Part shown: in pieces, positions 61,607 through 64,000 of the stretch
Position numbering within the stretch: position 1 is the first letter of the stretch
Layout: each line of letters starts with the position of its first letter
Source: Hemiscyllium ocellatum
Lineage: Eukaryota
DNA: 64,000 bases
Direction: 5' to 3'
Assembly: GCF_020745735.1 (NCBI RefSeq)
Contig: NC_083429.1
Location: forward strand, 55,843,877 to 55,907,876
The notes under the pieces: model-generated
What the model saw: only the letters and a program-made list of their open reading frames with translations
Database searches by the model: none
What the model was told of the DNA's origin: nothing
Made by a program: the position numbers and the translations under genes

Positions 61607-63064
61607 GTCCAGGTATTGTCATTTTGCAGCTTCCCAGCAGGAGTGTGTGCCGTACGGGATAGTTGTCAGCCTGGGGAGGAGGCGGGTGCAGTCCAGTGAT
61701 GGGCTGGTTATGGCGGGGAGGGGGTGTTTGTGATGGGTTGGTCCTTTGGACACTCTCAGATCTAACACTTGTCACCAGAGAATCTTGTGACTCTGTCATC
61801 AAGGTGAAGTCGGTCAGTTCGGGGTGACCAGGAGAGATGGGGGTGAGGGGTGAGGGCTAAGTGTCTCCTGCCCCTTGCTGGAGACTAACTCCCCAGATGA
61901 TCAAATCCTTGACCCCTCCTTGCTGCTCACTCTCAAAACTCTCAGCTATGTCTCTGCATTCTTCAGTCGTGGAGTGGATGGGAGAGGGGATAGAGAAATG
62001 TCACATTATTCCTCCTTTTTATGGGGAAACAATGAAAGCGAAGGAGGGAAGTTCAGGGCAGAGTGTCTCCGAGGAGAGCGGTGGTGTTTGCTGGGGGGAG
62101 GGGACAGAGACAGGGGGAAAGAGACACAGAGGAAGAGAGACAGAGATGGACGGGGGGGGGGGGATGGTGGGGGCGGGGTGGGAGGGAGGGACAGAGACGG
62201 AGAAAAAAAATGCTGTTTCTAAAGCCGTGGTTGAAGTAAGGTTAATGTGTGTGAGGTTCTGCCTCAAACCAAGTCCTGAGCACCTTAATTAACGGTGGAA
62301 ATGGCCCAGGATGTTAAGAGATTTCACGTCTGCATGGCTCCAGAGGCTGATAGACAGTTGCCTTTCTCCAGAACCTTGTATCTGGAGGATCGAGCTGTGG
62401 GACAGCTCAGAGCCAATCCCCACCCCTGATCTCAAACCCAACCCTCTGAAAGGCCACTTCCCAGCTGATCAGAACCAAGAATCTGGGAAACTGAAACAAG
62501 TCTTCCTACAGCTCCTTCCCCAGCAGGCGGCCCTCTCCAGGCAGTGACATGTACACACTGGGAGAGCCAACAGCCAGTGTGCACCCTCCAAACCCCCCAA
62601 TAAAAACAGTAACAATCTTGTGGCAATCAACAAGCTGTCTGGTTTGAGAGACGAAAGTATTGAGCAGGACACTGGGGAGAGCTACGTTGGCCTGGTTCAA
62701 AATGTTAGCCATGGGATTGTTTATTTTGATGTGAGACAGTAGACAGGGCATTGGTTGAACATCTTTTTGAAGGGTCCCTGACTGATCCCTCCATAACCGT
62801 GCTCTAAGACACTGGACTAATTGGAGCTCTTCATGCTTTCATCATTTGATACTGGTCTTCTAATAAACCTATAATCCCCTTCTGAATCGAGGGCAGGCAA
62901 CAGTATACAAAGTGTAAACATCAATGAATTATTTACAATCTTGTGTTTAAACCAACAGACCCATTGCCAAATTCCCAACTTCCTGAGTTGCTATCTGGCC
63001 CACAGTGTGTTGTCCGTATTTAACCTTGTTACAAAAAAATAGTGGTAGAGATCACTTCTTTAAA

Positions 63065-63870
63065 AGGTGCCCCACTGGGTCAAGTGCAGCATTGATGTTA
63101 CGGGCTGTCTCTCTCCCTCCCCGCTGGAATCCACCTCTTTTGTCCATGTTTGAACCAAGGCTATAATGAGGTCAGGAGCTGAGTGGCCCTGGGGGAATCC
63201 AAACTGGGCATCACTGAGCAGGTTATTACTGAGCAGGTGCTGCTTGATAGCTCTGTTGATGACACCTTCCATCACTTTACTGATGCTCGAGAGTAGACTG
63301 ATGGGGCGGTAATTGGCTCATTTGGATTTGTCCTGCTTTTTATGTCCAGGACATACCTGGGTAATGTTCCACATTGTCGGGTAGGTATCAGTGTTGTAAC
63401 TGGGCTGGAACAGTTTGGCTAGGGGCGCAACAGGTTCTAGAGCACAAGTCTTCAGTACTATTGCCAGAATGTTGTCAGGGCCCATAGCCTTTGCAGCATT
63501 CAGTGTCTCCAGCTGTTTCTTAATGTCACGTGGTGTGAATTAAACTGGTTGAAGCCTGGTATCTGTGATGCTGGGGGCCGCGGGAGGAGGCCAAGGTCGG
63601 TCATCCACTTGGTATTTCTGGCTGAAGATTGCTGTGAAAGTTTCAGCCTTATCTTTTGCCCTGATGTGCTGGGCTCCCCCATCATTGAGGATGGGGATAT
63701 TTGTGGAGCTTCCTCCTCCAGTGAGTTGTTTAATTATCCACCACCATTCACGACTGGATGTGGCTGGACTGCGGAGCTTAGATCTGATGTTTTGGTTTTG
63801 GGATCGCTGAGCTCTGTCTATCACTTGCTGCTTATGTAGTGTGTTTGGTGGCTTCACCAGATTAACACAG
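63065..63870 (-). mobile_element. Internal fragment of the same LINE family as 32735-36850
   Basis: QFGFPQGHSAPDL and SSREWWWIIKQLTGGG motifs. Confidence 0.85.
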
Positions 63871-64000
63871 TTATCCCAATGAAGGGTCTGCACAGGGGCA
63901 CTCTCAGACAACACTGACTCAATGATAAGAATGACATCAGGATATCCAGCAGCTCAAGCAAAGAGGAGAGGTTCAAGATTGTTTTAAATGGAATACTGAG

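Noticed and set aside
57360-62760. Scattered splice-like signals that might belong to a neighbouring APOA1/APOA4-type gene
   Set aside because: I could not assemble a signal-peptide exon or 22-mer repeat coding exon on either strand.

Overview
Vertebrate nuclear DNA, almost certainly from an elasmobranch (shark), judged from HE1-type tRNA-derived V-SINEs, HER1/CR1 LINEs and Penelope-like elements (PLEs). I assembled three spliced genes by hand; the ORF track misses nearly all of their exons. (1) The 5' part of HMBS (porphobilinogen deaminase) lies on the minus strand: 8 coding exons, 14744 to 1127, running out of the window through a U12-type intron. (2) An unnamed 12-coding-exon gene (about 446 aa, acidic helical C-terminal half) lies on the plus strand, 16924-47465, head-to-head with HMBS across a CpG-island promoter. 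(3) A 96-aa secreted apolipoprotein C-type gene, most like APOC3 with APOC1-like features, lies on the minus strand, 54949 to 49514, convergent with gene 2. The rest is mostly repeats: CR1, Rex1 and other LINE fragments, SINEs, MITEs, two G/C-skewed minisatellites, and PLEs plus short palindromic derivatives that carry minimal hammerhead ribozymes and 12-16 bp target-site duplications (TSDs). An erythroid-type enhancer (E-box-N9-GATA, NF-E2, CACCC) sits in an HMBS intron. All gene models were read from sequence only, with no database searches or RNA data.
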